Below, piece after piece: positions 1 through 9,100 of a stretch of 41,942 nt of DNA. The stretch's first letter is position 1. Each line of letters opens with the position of its first letter. Below the pieces are notes generated by a model. That model was not told the origin of the DNA. It worked only from the letters and a program-made list of their open reading frames with translations, and searched no databases. The position numbers were made by a program, and so were the translations under genes. Source of the DNA: a virus (Duplodnaviria > Caudoviricetes); the IMG/VR virus record IMGVR_UViG_3300043493_000033, positions 1-41,942 of that record; one strand, given 5' to 3'.

Positions 1-35
1 CTTTTCTGGCTCGCCATCAGCTACGGGATATCGCT

Positions 36-335
36 GTGGTAGCTTCCGTCTATACCCCAGCGATGCTTGCTGAAGCCTGGTGCTGCAGTGAACGTCACAT
101 CCGCAACCTCGTCGCGGCAGGCCAGTTGCGCGGCTTCCGCTTGGGAGGCAAGTTGCTCCGTATCCCGCAGGATGCCGTGCAGGAGTTCATGCAGTGCCAG
201 AATACCGCATCGGACGGCTCAACGGACGGCTCTGCCTCACCTGGTGGCGAGACGGAAAGCGGCACCGTTACTCGCTTGGAACCACTAGCGCGAGCGAGGC
301 TGAACGGCTTGCGCCAGCGCTCTACGCCGAGCTGA
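36..335 (+). CDS. xis: Excisionase-like helix-turn-helix protein (copy 1)
   Basis: YTPAMLAEAWCCSERHIRNLVAAGQLRGFRLGGKLLRIP matches the excisionase/HTH_17 pattern. It lies directly upstream of and overlaps int. Confidence 0.8.
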   Translation: MVASVYTPAMLAEAWCCSERHIRNLVAAGQLRGFRLGGKLLRIPQDAVQEFMQCQNTASDGSTDGSASPGGETESGTVTRLEPLARARLNGLRQRSTPS

Positions 336-1216
336 CGCGGCCGAAGGGAACGACGGTCGAGGAACTGTGGAGCGCATATGTTCAGGATAAGGAAGGTCGC
401 GCCGTTACAGGGACGATGCGATACACTTGGAAGGCTCTACGAGATCGCTTTGGGCCGATGGAGGCTCATTCTGTTACGGTTGCCGACTGCCGTGCCCACA
501 TTGACGCACGTCTCCGTGACGGTATTAAGCCCGGCACAATCCATACCGAACTCGGACACCTCCGGATGGTGCTCGTCTGGGCCGAGAAGCAAGGGCTGAT
601 CGACCGTGCCCCGCACATCAAAAGACCGCCCAAGCCAAGGCCCCGAGAGCGACACCTCACCCGAGAGCAGGTCCGTGCGCTATTCGATAACGCACACTTA
701 CCGCATATCCGGCTCTACGGAATCCTCGCCTATACGACTGCCGCCCGAAATGCTGCATTGCTTGGACTTACATGGGACCGCTGTGATTTCGAGACAGGGC
801 GAATTGATCTTCGCGACCCTACGCTATCCGCCCCCCACAAAGGCCGCGCCATAGTCCCCATGCTGCGGACCGCTCGCGCTGCCCTTCAGGAGGCCCGCCA
901 GGGCGCTCTGACGGACTGGGTGATAGAATGGGCCGGGAGGCCGGTGAAGAGCGTCAAGCGCGGCCTGAGAGTCGCCGCGCAGCGTGCTGGGCTGGAGCAC
1001 GTATCGCCGCATGATCTCCGAAGATCTGCTGCGATCCATATGGCGGAAGATGGCGTGTCCATAAGCGAGATCAGCCAATACCTCGGACACTCGAATGAGC
1101 GGGTCACGTTCCAGGCATATGCCCGTTTCCAACCTGATCACCTGAGACGCGCTGCGAGTGCGCTGGAGTTCGATGATCTGGCCCCGCAGGTTCGCCGCGA
1201 CCGCAGTAAAATATGA
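194..1216 (+). CDS. int: Tyrosine recombinase / phage integrase
   Basis: Catalytic motifs AARNAALL (R), HDLRRS (HxxR), LGH and a C-terminal Tyr (FQAY). GTG start after AGGAG; adjacent to att. Confidence 0.95.
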   Translation: MPEYRIGRLNGRLCLTWWRDGKRHRYSLGTTSASEAERLAPALYAELTRPKGTTVEELWSAYVQDKEGRAVTGTMRYTWKALRDRFGPMEAHSVTVADCRAHIDARLRDGIKPGTIHTELGHLRMVLVWAEKQGLIDRAPHIKRPPKPRPRERHLTREQVRALFDNAHLPHIRLYGILAYTTAARNAALLGLTWDRCDFETGRIDLRDPTLSAPHKGRAIVPMLRTARAALQEARQGALTDWVIEWAGRPVKSVKRGLRVAAQRAGLEHVSPHDLRRSAAIHMAEDGVSISEISQYLGHSNERVTFQAYARFQPDHLRRAASALEFDDLAPQVRRDRSKI

Positions 1217-1243
1217 AGATGGTCTCCTAACTCCTTGAAAAGA

Positions 1244-1294
1244 TGGTGGGCGCGACAGGATTCGAACCTGTGAACCCCTACGATGTCAACGTAG
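1244..1294 (-). other. att core: 3' half of tRNA-Val(GAC)
   Basis: The minus strand reads CTACG-TTGACAT-CGTAG (anticodon GAC), GGGTTC, ACAGG-TTCGAAT-CCTGT, CGCGCCC-ACCA. The D-arm and 5' acceptor strand are absent. It lies 27 nt past the int stop. Confidence 0.9.
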
Positions 1295-1430
1295 GATGCT
1301 AGCTGGAACAGGCGGAATTGCGGGCTTTCTCCGGGACACATTATGCCGTTTTCGGATGTTTGTTCACGGTTCAGGCACGGTTGGTGGAATGGGTACTCCA
1401 CAGGGCTCTACGTAAACAGAGGTTTTTCGT

Positions 1431-1721
1431 ATGAGTGACCCCGCTCTGATACGCAACCCCGACATCATCGAAGCTGCGACGCGGGCAATGGAGGAGTTCC
1501 GGCAAGCCTTTGTGGTCGCAGTGGGAGATCAGTCTCCGTTCGCTAAGCAAGCTCTTCTGCGGGCCGACGCTGCCCTTGCTGCCCTCCCGCTGATCGAAGC
1601 CGCCGCGCTGGAGCGGGCTGCTCAGATGGTGGAGGGTTTAGGAGGCGTCGATGACGAAGAGTGGGCGGTTATCGCACAAGATATTCGCGCGCTTATTATT
1701 CCCCCGAAGGAGCAGCCATGA
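1431..1721 (+). CDS. Hypothetical protein, cassette paralogue 1
   Basis: MSDP..IIEAA ... AAALERAA ... IRAL..KEQP, shared with the next two ORFs. ATGA coupling to the next gene. Confidence 0.7.
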   Translation: MSDPALIRNPDIIEAATRAMEEFRQAFVVAVGDQSPFAKQALLRADAALAALPLIEAAALERAAQMVEGLGGVDDEEWAVIAQDIRALIIPPKEQP

Positions 1722-1995
1722 GCGATCCCATCATCGAAGCTGCGGCGCGGGCGCTGAAAATCCGGATGACCTACGCTGACGACGCGCGAGTGCTTGCTAT
1801 TGCCGTCCTCACTGCCGTCGCGCCGCTGATCCGCGCCGCCGCGCTGGAGGAGGCGGCGAGAGCATTTGAACCGGACGAAGATGGCCACGATAGCCACAGC
1901 TACCGCTGGACAGTAGAAGAGATCGCCGCCGCCATTCGCGCCCTCAAGGAGCAGCCATGAGCGATCCCATCATCGAAGCTGCGGCGCGGGCGCTG
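1707..1995 (+). repeat. 50-bp exact direct repeat (1707-1756 and 1946-1995)
   Basis: AAGGAGCAGCCATGAGCGATCCCATCATCGAAGCTGCGGCGCGGGCGCTG occurs twice and spans the RBS, stop and start. Confidence 0.95.
1718..1960 (+). CDS. Hypothetical protein, cassette paralogue 2
   Basis: Start moved to ATG 1718 (AAGGAG RBS, ATGA overlap). MSDPIIEAAARAL...AAALEEAA...AIRALKEQP. Confidence 0.75.
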   Translation: MSDPIIEAAARALKIRMTYADDARVLAIAVLTAVAPLIRAAALEEAARAFEPDEDGHDSHSYRWTVEEIAAAIRALKEQP

Positions 1996-2253
1996 CGCGA
2001 CGAGTCATACATGTTCTTTGAAATGGATGAAGCGGGGCGACTCGCAACCGCCATGCTCGCTGCCGTCACGCCGATGATCGAAGACGCTTACGTCAGGAGC
2101 CGAGCCACAATCCACGTCGCCGCCATCCGTAACGCCACACTGGAGGAGGCTGAGCAAGCTGTTAGGCAGTGCTCTTGCTTAGACGAGCACGGCAACATTC
2201 TTGCGACCAGAAGCGTGATCGCCGCAATTCGCGCTTTAAGGGATAAATCCTGA
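1957..2253 (+). CDS. Hypothetical protein, cassette paralogue 3
   Basis: MSDPIIEAAARAL...ATLEEAE...AIRALRDKS, with the same RBS/start block as paralogue 2. Confidence 0.75.
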   Translation: MSDPIIEAAARALRDESYMFFEMDEAGRLATAMLAAVTPMIEDAYVRSRATIHVAAIRNATLEEAEQAVRQCSCLDEHGNILATRSVIAAIRALRDKS

Positions 2254-2669
2254 TGCCATCTCGCGAGAAAAACCAAGCATACCGGAAAGTTAGGACGGCT
2301 ATTGAACGGGGCGACCTAGCTAAGCCAGACCTTTGCGATGAATGCGGACAGCTTCCACGCAGGGGGAAAGATGGCCGCAGTTTGATCCAAGGACATCATT
2401 ACCTTGGCTACAACCACCCCTTAGCGGTCAGATGGCTTTGCGTCCTATGCCATTCACGCAAGACACCGCAGCCTATTGGGCTACGTAATGGCAACGCAAA
2501 ACTCACTGACGATCAGGTCATCGCAATTCGCAATGGCCGATTGGATGCGTCGAAAACAGGACGCCTCTATGGCGTGAGCGCCCAATATGTCTTGGACATT
2601 CGCAACATGAGGTGGAGGAAGCGCGCCTTGAAGCCCGCCAGCCCGTCGCCATCTGCCGACAGCGCCTGA
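2253..2669 (+). CDS. HNH-like endonuclease with C-terminal DNA-binding helix
   Basis: CxxC (CDEC), GHH..Y, WLCxxCH, then NGNAKLTDDQVIAIR, typical of phage HNH tails. Confidence 0.7.
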   Translation: MPSREKNQAYRKVRTAIERGDLAKPDLCDECGQLPRRGKDGRSLIQGHHYLGYNHPLAVRWLCVLCHSRKTPQPIGLRNGNAKLTDDQVIAIRNGRLDASKTGRLYGVSAQYVLDIRNMRWRKRALKPASPSPSADSA

Positions 2670-2713
2670 CGCTCCGACCTACCCCCGCCCCTCTCTACGG
2701 GGCGCCGGGCGCA

Positions 2714-2995
2714 CTATTGCGGCGTGGCAGTCGGCCCCAGCGCAGCCTCCCGCGCCTTGTCCGCGATCGCCACCCACATGGCGATCATCCGCTCGGCAAA
2801 CACCACCGCCCGCTCCTCGGGCGACATGTGCTCGTCGCCCTCCACGGAGCCGGCATTCGATGCGACGGTGCAGATGTCCCCGTCAGGAAGCTGCAGCGAG
2901 TTCTCCTGCTGCGGATCAAGGCTCTGCGAGCTGCCGTCTTCGAACCACACTGTGCCCGTCGCCTCGGTCGGGAAAAACGTCATGTTGATAGCCAC
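2714..2995 (-). CDS. Hypothetical protein
   Basis: Strong RBS (AGGAGG) before GTG; acidic natural-looking 93-aa product. Confidence 0.6.
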   Translation of the reverse strand: MAINMTFFPTEATGTVWFEDGSSQSLDPQQENSLQLPDGDICTVASNAGSVEGDEHMSPEERAVVFAERMIAMWVAIADKAREAALGPTATPQ

Positions 2996-3219
2996 AGACT
3001 TCCTCCTATTTGACTTCCCAATCCCACGATTGGCCGCAGGGATTGCCTGAGAGTTGATGATGACGGGCGCAGCCGCGAGACAGGCAGCAGGGGATGACCT
3101 GCTCCTGCGGATGGTGGACGGCTGGCGGGTAATGCTCCTGAAGCCAAAGCATCATGGCCAGCGCAATGAGGCCGCCCATCGCATGTATTTATCCCCCACT
3201 ATGTGTTAGGATGTGCGGC

Positions 3220-3432
3220 ATGGACAGAAGACCCACTAGGCGAGAGCAGCGCGATCAGGACTTCGCGGACGTGATGTTCTACGAGATGGACAACACCGCT
3301 GCTGCGCTCGGTATCCCGCCGCGCTGGGAGCGCGAATGGACGGAGGATGAGGTGGAGCGCATCTGGGCCGCCGGTATCATCCCTCGGCCGCCCCGTCAGT
3401 GCCAAACATCTCCATCGCCTCGTCGGCGGTGA
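3220..3432 (+). CDS. Small hypothetical protein, counter-oriented, probably leaderless
   Basis: TGnTAGGAT ends 7 nt before ATG 3220. Its 3' end overlaps the convergent 484-aa gene. Confidence 0.55.
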   Translation: MDRRPTRREQRDQDFADVMFYEMDNTAAALGIPPRWEREWTEDEVERIWAAGIIPRPPRQCQTSPSPRRR

Positions 3433-4831
3433 GCAGTCCGGCTCCGATGGCGCCGGCTATACCGAGCTTCTGACCCTTCTCGCTCTCCACGAACTTCATC
3501 AAATTATCCAGCCATTCCTGCGTCTTCCGCTGCGTCACTCCCTGCGTCTGGAAGGAGCGCTGTAGCTTGGCCGCATCGAGCCCCGGCTTCTGACGTTTTG
3601 CCCAGTCCGCCCAGAAATTGACGCCCGGGATCGGCTTGACGCCACCATCGAACGTGGTCCCCTTGGCCGCGAGCTGCGAGGCATAGTCGAAGTGCGGCAC
3701 CTTCGGGTCTGTGATGTGCCGCACGGCCTCGTCGCCCACCTTGACGATGCGATGCCCTGTCCCCAGCAAAGGCGCGTCGAGCAGTTCCGGGTGCGTGACC
3801 GCCTTGCGCGCTGAGCCGACATCCGGCCCGCCCAGCTTGGCCATCCTGTCGCTGTCCAGCAACTGCGCGAACTTGGTGCGCGCGCTGCCGGCACCCTGCA
3901 GATATTCGTCGGTGACATTGTCCACGCCCGGCCAATCGGGATAGCCGGGGATCTTCTTCCCCCAAGGGGCGCGCATGGCATCGTCGAGGGTCTTTTTCGC
4001 CTTCCTCGACAGCGGCTGCTGCTTGATCATCTCAAGCAGCGTCTTGGTGGTCTGCGCCGAGTAGTCCCCGCTGCGCGATGCCATTGCCGCGGTGACCCCA
4101 TAGACCGGATCGCCAGTCTCCTGCAGCCCGCGGATGAGGTTCTGGTAGCCTGTGGTCGGCCCCTTGTCCGAGGCCCAGAAAGCATCGTCTGGATTGCGCT
4201 GCCGGCGCAGGAAATCGGAGCCCGCCTGCAGATCCACCGGGTTCTCAAACGGCGTGTCGTTGACGCCGGTCAGGCGCTTGCCGCCCATCGTCCTGTCGCC
4301 GAGCAGAGCCACGAAATGACTGCCCTCGGGCACCTCCTCGAAATTGAACTCCTTTTCCGGCAGCAGCTTCGACCCCGGCTTGTAGGTCGCCGTCATCTCC
4401 TCAAGCGGTCGGCGCAGTTTGTTGACGCTGACCGGATGCTTCCATGTCAGACCTGCTCGCAGCGCATCAGCTTCTGCCGGAACCGCTCCCGCTCCCAGCG
4501 TCAGCATGCCCGCCGCATTCATTGCCCTGTCAGCAAGCCTTGGATCGGTATGAAACTCGCCCGTCTGCGGATCGGCCGCCATGGTCGGCTGTGCGCCTGA
4601 CATAACGTCACCGAACATCGTCGCGCCGCCGACAAGCTCGTCATAGGCCGGCTTGAAGAAGGTAGACTTATTCCACCAGTCCTGCGCCCGCGAGCCTATT
4701 GTGCTTTGTTCTGCAGCTTGCCTCTGCCGCTCCGCCTCCGCCCGCTGCTCCAGCGCCATCTGCAGCAGTCGCGGGTCTACCTTCGCGCCGAATATCCCGC
4801 CGCGCTGGCCGTCGCCGAAGATCCCCGCCAT
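3377..4831 (-). CDS. Putative virion-delivered (ejection-type) protein, 484 aa
   Basis: Last large gene of the virion operon. MAGIFG..GGIFG N-terminus, Gly/Ala-rich termini and a globular middle of unknown function. Confidence 0.6.
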   Translation of the reverse strand: MAGIFGDGQRGGIFGAKVDPRLLQMALEQRAEAERQRQAAEQSTIGSRAQDWWNKSTFFKPAYDELVGGATMFGDVMSGAQPTMAADPQTGEFHTDPRLADRAMNAAGMLTLGAGAVPAEADALRAGLTWKHPVSVNKLRRPLEEMTATYKPGSKLLPEKEFNFEEVPEGSHFVALLGDRTMGGKRLTGVNDTPFENPVDLQAGSDFLRRQRNPDDAFWASDKGPTTGYQNLIRGLQETGDPVYGVTAAMASRSGDYSAQTTKTLLEMIKQQPLSRKAKKTLDDAMRAPWGKKIPGYPDWPGVDNVTDEYLQGAGSARTKFAQLLDSDRMAKLGGPDVGSARKAVTHPELLDAPLLGTGHRIVKVGDEAVRHITDPKVPHFDYASQLAAKGTTFDGGVKPIPGVNFWADWAKRQKPGLDAAKLQRSFQTQGVTQRKTQEWLDNLMKFVESEKGQKLGIAGAIGAGLLTADEAMEMFGTDGAAEG

Positions 4832-4835
4832 TGGG

Positions 4836-5444
4836 TCACGGCGCCGGCATCGAGGCGTGCTGACGCAGCGCGCCGCCCCGCGAGTATGTCTCAGACTGGA
4901 TCAGGCTCTCCAGCGCCGCGCTGAACAGCCCCGCATACTTGTCCTGTTGCTCTCCCTCCAGTGCCACCAGCATCTCCAGAATGGTGCCGTAGAGGTAAAT
5001 GTCCGGGGCTTTGGACAGCAGCCAATTGGTATTGTCTGTCCCGGTCAGCGCCGGCACCCTGGCGTAATAGAGAATGGTGAGGGTGGAACTCGTCCTCGCC
5101 CGTATTTTCAGCCCGACGATAGTGTAAAACTGCCCCTCCCACGGAGCAGAGGCGGTAGGGCCATAAGTGCCGGGCTCGGCATAGTCCAGCACGTAAGGCG
5201 TGCTGGTGGCAGCCACGACCCGCTTCATCGCCAGGAAGTCGCTAGGGAGATAGGCCGAGCCGTCCTCAAGGGTTATCGTTGCGCTCGTCTCCATGTGCGA
5301 TATGCGGAAATCCGGTGTCTTGTTGATGCGGCTTTCGCACAGCGTCACGCAGTCATCGACGATGGTCTCGGCGGCCGGGTCGCCAGTCCGCTCGATCCAC
5401 GCCAGTGCAGCCGCGCGAAGGCCCGCTAGATTGGTGAGCGCCAT
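4836..5444 (-). CDS. Head-tail adaptor / tail tubular protein A-like
   Basis: MALT...AWIER...ESRIN, LPSDFL, YYARVPAL..TNWLLSKAPDIYLYG, a pattern typical of podovirus adaptor proteins. Confidence 0.75.
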   Translation of the reverse strand: MALTNLAGLRAAALAWIERTGDPAAETIVDDCVTLCESRINKTPDFRISHMETSATITLEDGSAYLPSDFLAMKRVVAATSTPYVLDYAEPGTYGPTASAPWEGQFYTIVGLKIRARTSSTLTILYYARVPALTGTDNTNWLLSKAPDIYLYGTILEMLVALEGEQQDKYAGLFSAALESLIQSETYSRGGALRQHASMPAP

Positions 5445-5809
5445 TCAGAACCTCCAGCAAAGCGGCCAGTGGCCACATCGCGTATGGTAATCTTTCTCTG
5501 CCGCCCGCCCGCCCACGCATCTTTCATATTCTGAGATCGTGTTCCGGCATAAAGATGCTGCGGATTTACACAGCGAGTATTATCGCACCTATGAAGGACA
5601 TGAAGGCCATCAGGTACTGGACCATTGGCCATTTCGTACGCGAGCCGCGAAGCTTTAGCAGTTACACGCGATCCGTCAGAGCGACTACCGACACCCAATC
5701 TGCCATAGCCGCCTGAAAGCGTTCCTTGCCAATTGTGGCACCCCGTCTTTTCATCGACGATTACCTTGCCACGAAACCTGTCCTCGACAGGGCGAATGCG
5801 ATGCGGCAT
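5426..5809 (-). CDS. HNH homing endonuclease
   Basis: GCHNWQG...GYG...HVLHRCDNTRCVNPQHL..GT...N. Confidence 0.9.
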   Translation of the reverse strand: MPHRIRPVEDRFRGKVIVDEKTGCHNWQGTLSGGYGRLGVGSRSDGSRVTAKASRLAYEMANGPVPDGLHVLHRCDNTRCVNPQHLYAGTRSQNMKDAWAGGRQRKITIRDVATGRFAGGSEWRSPI

Positions 5810-5810
5810 T

Positions 5811-6107
5811 TCAAATTCTCTTGTCCGTGGTTTTCAGAAACTGCCATTGAGGATCGCGCAGCTTCTTTCGGATGAACGCACTGAATTCATGCGCGGGCAT
5901 AGAAAGAAGGGGCGCACCGCTTTCCTGCATCCACTTCTCAATGACGATCGGCGGGACGCTGGCGATGTGGTGGAAGCTCTCGGACTTCTGCGGCTCGTTC
6001 TGCAGCTTCTTGTTCCACTCAAGCGTCGGCGACACATCAGGATCGTGGCGCTGGATCGTGAACGTCTTCCCGTCGTCGCTGGGGTGAAAACGAGTTAGGA
6101 TGCTCAT
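5811..6107 (-). CDS. Conserved phage hypothetical protein in the virion operon
   Basis: ATGA-coupled to the tailspike. DVSPTLEWNK...HHIASVPPIVIEKW pattern, seen beside adaptor genes in similar phages. Confidence 0.7.
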   Translation of the reverse strand: MSILTRFHPSDDGKTFTIQRHDPDVSPTLEWNKKLQNEPQKSESFHHIASVPPIVIEKWMQESGAPLLSMPAHEFSAFIRKKLRDPQWQFLKTTDKRI

Positions 6108-9100
6108 GACGATACCGCCGCCGCCCAGCCGATCTGTATCGACCCCCCCGCCAATGCCGAGGCGAAATTCAATCGCAGCACTGGGGCTCGGCGGTCCTCA
6201 TTGGCGGCTACCGGGCCTTGATAATAAGCTCCGCCGCCGCCGAGCGCGACAGACGTGCCGCCCGCACCAGTGCCCACTGTAATTGCCGCACCTACGGGGC
6301 GCGCGCTCTTCCGCCATTCCACAGACGGCATGTTTGTATTCCAGATTACCGCTGCCGCTGCATCGACAGGATAGAGCCGGATACCCCCCGGCTTGGGCAC
6401 CCAGAAAAGATTGGTCTGGATGTCGATCCAGGTGTTGCCGGCCGTTGTCGGGACCGTAACGACATCGCCCTGCTCACTCACCAATTGCTCATACCCCGGA
6501 CCCATATTCGTGATGCCGGTACTGACTCTTGGCGTCCTGATCCTGCAGCCACGGAATTTTCCGCAATACAGGGTCAGATCCATGTTGGACCAGGAATTAT
6601 TCCCCGTATCCCGCATGTCGAATACGGTGTCGGTGAACATGAAATGCAACTGGTCCTTGGCTAGATCCACCGGGGCAACGCCGCCGGCAGTGAATGCTCC
6701 CGCAGTGTTCAATGTTATATTGCTGAATTGCCATGCGCCCAGCACACACTCCTTGAACGAAAATGTAATGTCCTTATTCGGACCGACTTCAACGATGGTC
6801 ATCAAAAATATCGAAATCGGATCGGGGGCTATGTAGCGCTCGAAGCTGATATATGCCGGATTGAAATTACGCCGGTAGCTGCGCAGCACCGTAGTGACAC
6901 CCGTGGCGTTGGTGATGTTCGTCGCGATAAACCCGTTCTTTGTCCCGCCACGATAGCTTGACCAGGAACCGACAACCGATTGCGTGTTGAATGTCGCCGC
7001 CGTTACATACGCCGCCATGACGCCTGGGACCGGATTAGTGCCTGCGATGGCGGCAGAGAACTTGGCCGCCGTCGTTGCAGGAGTGTCGGCCGTTACGAGT
7101 GCGACAGGCACCAGGTTCGATCCGGCAACTGTTGCCGGCGACCCATTATAGCTAAACCAAACACGATATGTCGGAGCCCCATCGTCCGGCGGCGTGATGT
7201 CAATCCAGTCGCCGCTTAAGGTGGCGGCCGTCGTGGCGCTGAACTCGAAAATCCTTCCGTCATAGATGCTATAAGCCGGCGGCGTTGGCTCGGGCGGGAC
7301 GTACTCTGCAAAACGCCAGGAGCCGAGCGGGATAACAATCCCGCTCGGAGAGGGATCGTTTGTCATATGCGTCGCCGCCATCGGCTCCACAGTGATATTC
7401 CGATATGTCAGTTGGCTGACGCCGTTATCGCCAGATACCCCGGCCGACTGTAGCGAAAAACCCGCCCTGTTCCCGTACTGGATGAGGATGTTTTCGTAGA
7501 CCTGGTTTCTGAAAGGGCCAAAACTCTGTGATCCGGTATTCGTGTTCATAAATGTCTGCTGCGTCGGCTGCTTCGATCCGGTGCGGATTTTCCCCGCCTT
7601 TATGTGAACGTTGTCGGCGCCGATCCAGCAGAGGATCGACCCCTCATAGGCGTAGGCTGTAGGCCAGTCATCCAGCCCGGTGAGGTCAATGAACAAATCC
7701 CCTATATCCAGCCTCGTCTTCGTTAGAGACGGATACACCGCACCATGGGATTCATCGTCGGTCTGTGCCCCCTCGTTCAGATTAATATATTGTTGCGCAC
7801 GAACGACGTATGTCTGCTCACCAACTGGTAACGAGCTGAGAGCGAAGATTGCCTCGGGGTGCGGTGCAGCGCGGATTTCTATGGTTTTCGCCACCATCAG
7901 ACGGCAGCGTAGCGCGTCCCCCATGACATAGCCAAAGCACCTGATCGTCTCGAAGACCCCGTCCACCAGATACATCCAGTGATTAACGGTGCAATTTCCA
8001 AGCTCAAGCGTTCCGGTGCCGATGGCGGTGCTGTTATGATTGCCGAGGATCAGGTGCCCATAGCCGTGCATCTTGACATTATGGATTTCCCAGATATGCC
8101 CCGGCGGGATGATCCTGTTCCCCGCATTTGACATGGTCATGGGCGAAGAGGAAACCGTGTTAAACAATTGACTACTGCTGTTTGCCCACTTCCAGGCGTA
8201 TTTGTTCTCCCGCTGTGTGAAAATCTCCATGTTGTTTTCGACATTCCCATCCCACTCGATGCCGCTGACTCTTGTTCGCACCGAGCCGGTTGCCGGGAGG
8301 AATGCGGTGGCCTGGGAATAGAAGAATGAGTCGTAAGTCCACTGCCGCGTGGATGGCTTCAGCAGCGGGTCCGTCGTCTGCCCGACCGTTGCCCAGTCAG
8401 AGGCTCCGCCGTCCGATGAAGTCGTCCGCAAGATCTCCTTGTATTGCCCGTTATCAACGACACGAAAACCAGAGACGCCCGGCCCATAGCCGCGCATTTC
8501 CACGCCATTCGGCCACTCGACCACGCGATTGTAATGATACATCTTGTCGATCAGAACGGCCTCGGCATTGGCCAGCGCCGCAGCATTGGCGCACCAGCAT
8601 ATCTTGCCGGAATTGTCCGTCTGTACGCCCGGTGTCTCCTCGTCCACTGAGATCACCGGCCACCAGCGAAGCTGGAACACCGAGCCGTTGATAACGCGCT
8701 TGAAGCGAAGCCCGCTGACAGCATATTTGTACCGCAGCAGTGCTCCGCCGGTGCGTAGGGGCGGATGCGCCCCGCCGTAATCGTGTGTCCATATTCCCAT
8801 GGAATCACGAAATTTTCCCCGGCCCGTGTCGATGTTGGGAAGCTGCGGAGAATAGCCGGCGCTCGTCGGGTCGGCACGTTCCACAAAGCCGGGGTTATAG
8901 ACATGCCCATGCAGGTGCCAGATGTTGATGACCTCGCCGGTCGGGAACAGCACATTCGGATCGCTCACCACCAGCTCGACGCTCTCGAAGTCGATGCCGG
9001 TATGCGCGAGATCGTATTCCATCGTGCAGTTGGAGCCGGTCGCGCCGAGGAAATAAGTGGTGGGGATAGCCTCGCTAAAAACGGCGCTCAATTCACTGTT

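Noticed and set aside
1244-1320. Complete tRNA-Val gene
   Set aside because: Only the anticodon arm to CCA is present. The D-arm and 5' acceptor strand are missing, so it is called an att core.
1707-1995. DGR template/variable repeat or CRISPR repeats
   Set aside because: The copies are identical with no adenine-specific differences, and no reverse transcriptase or cas gene is in the window.
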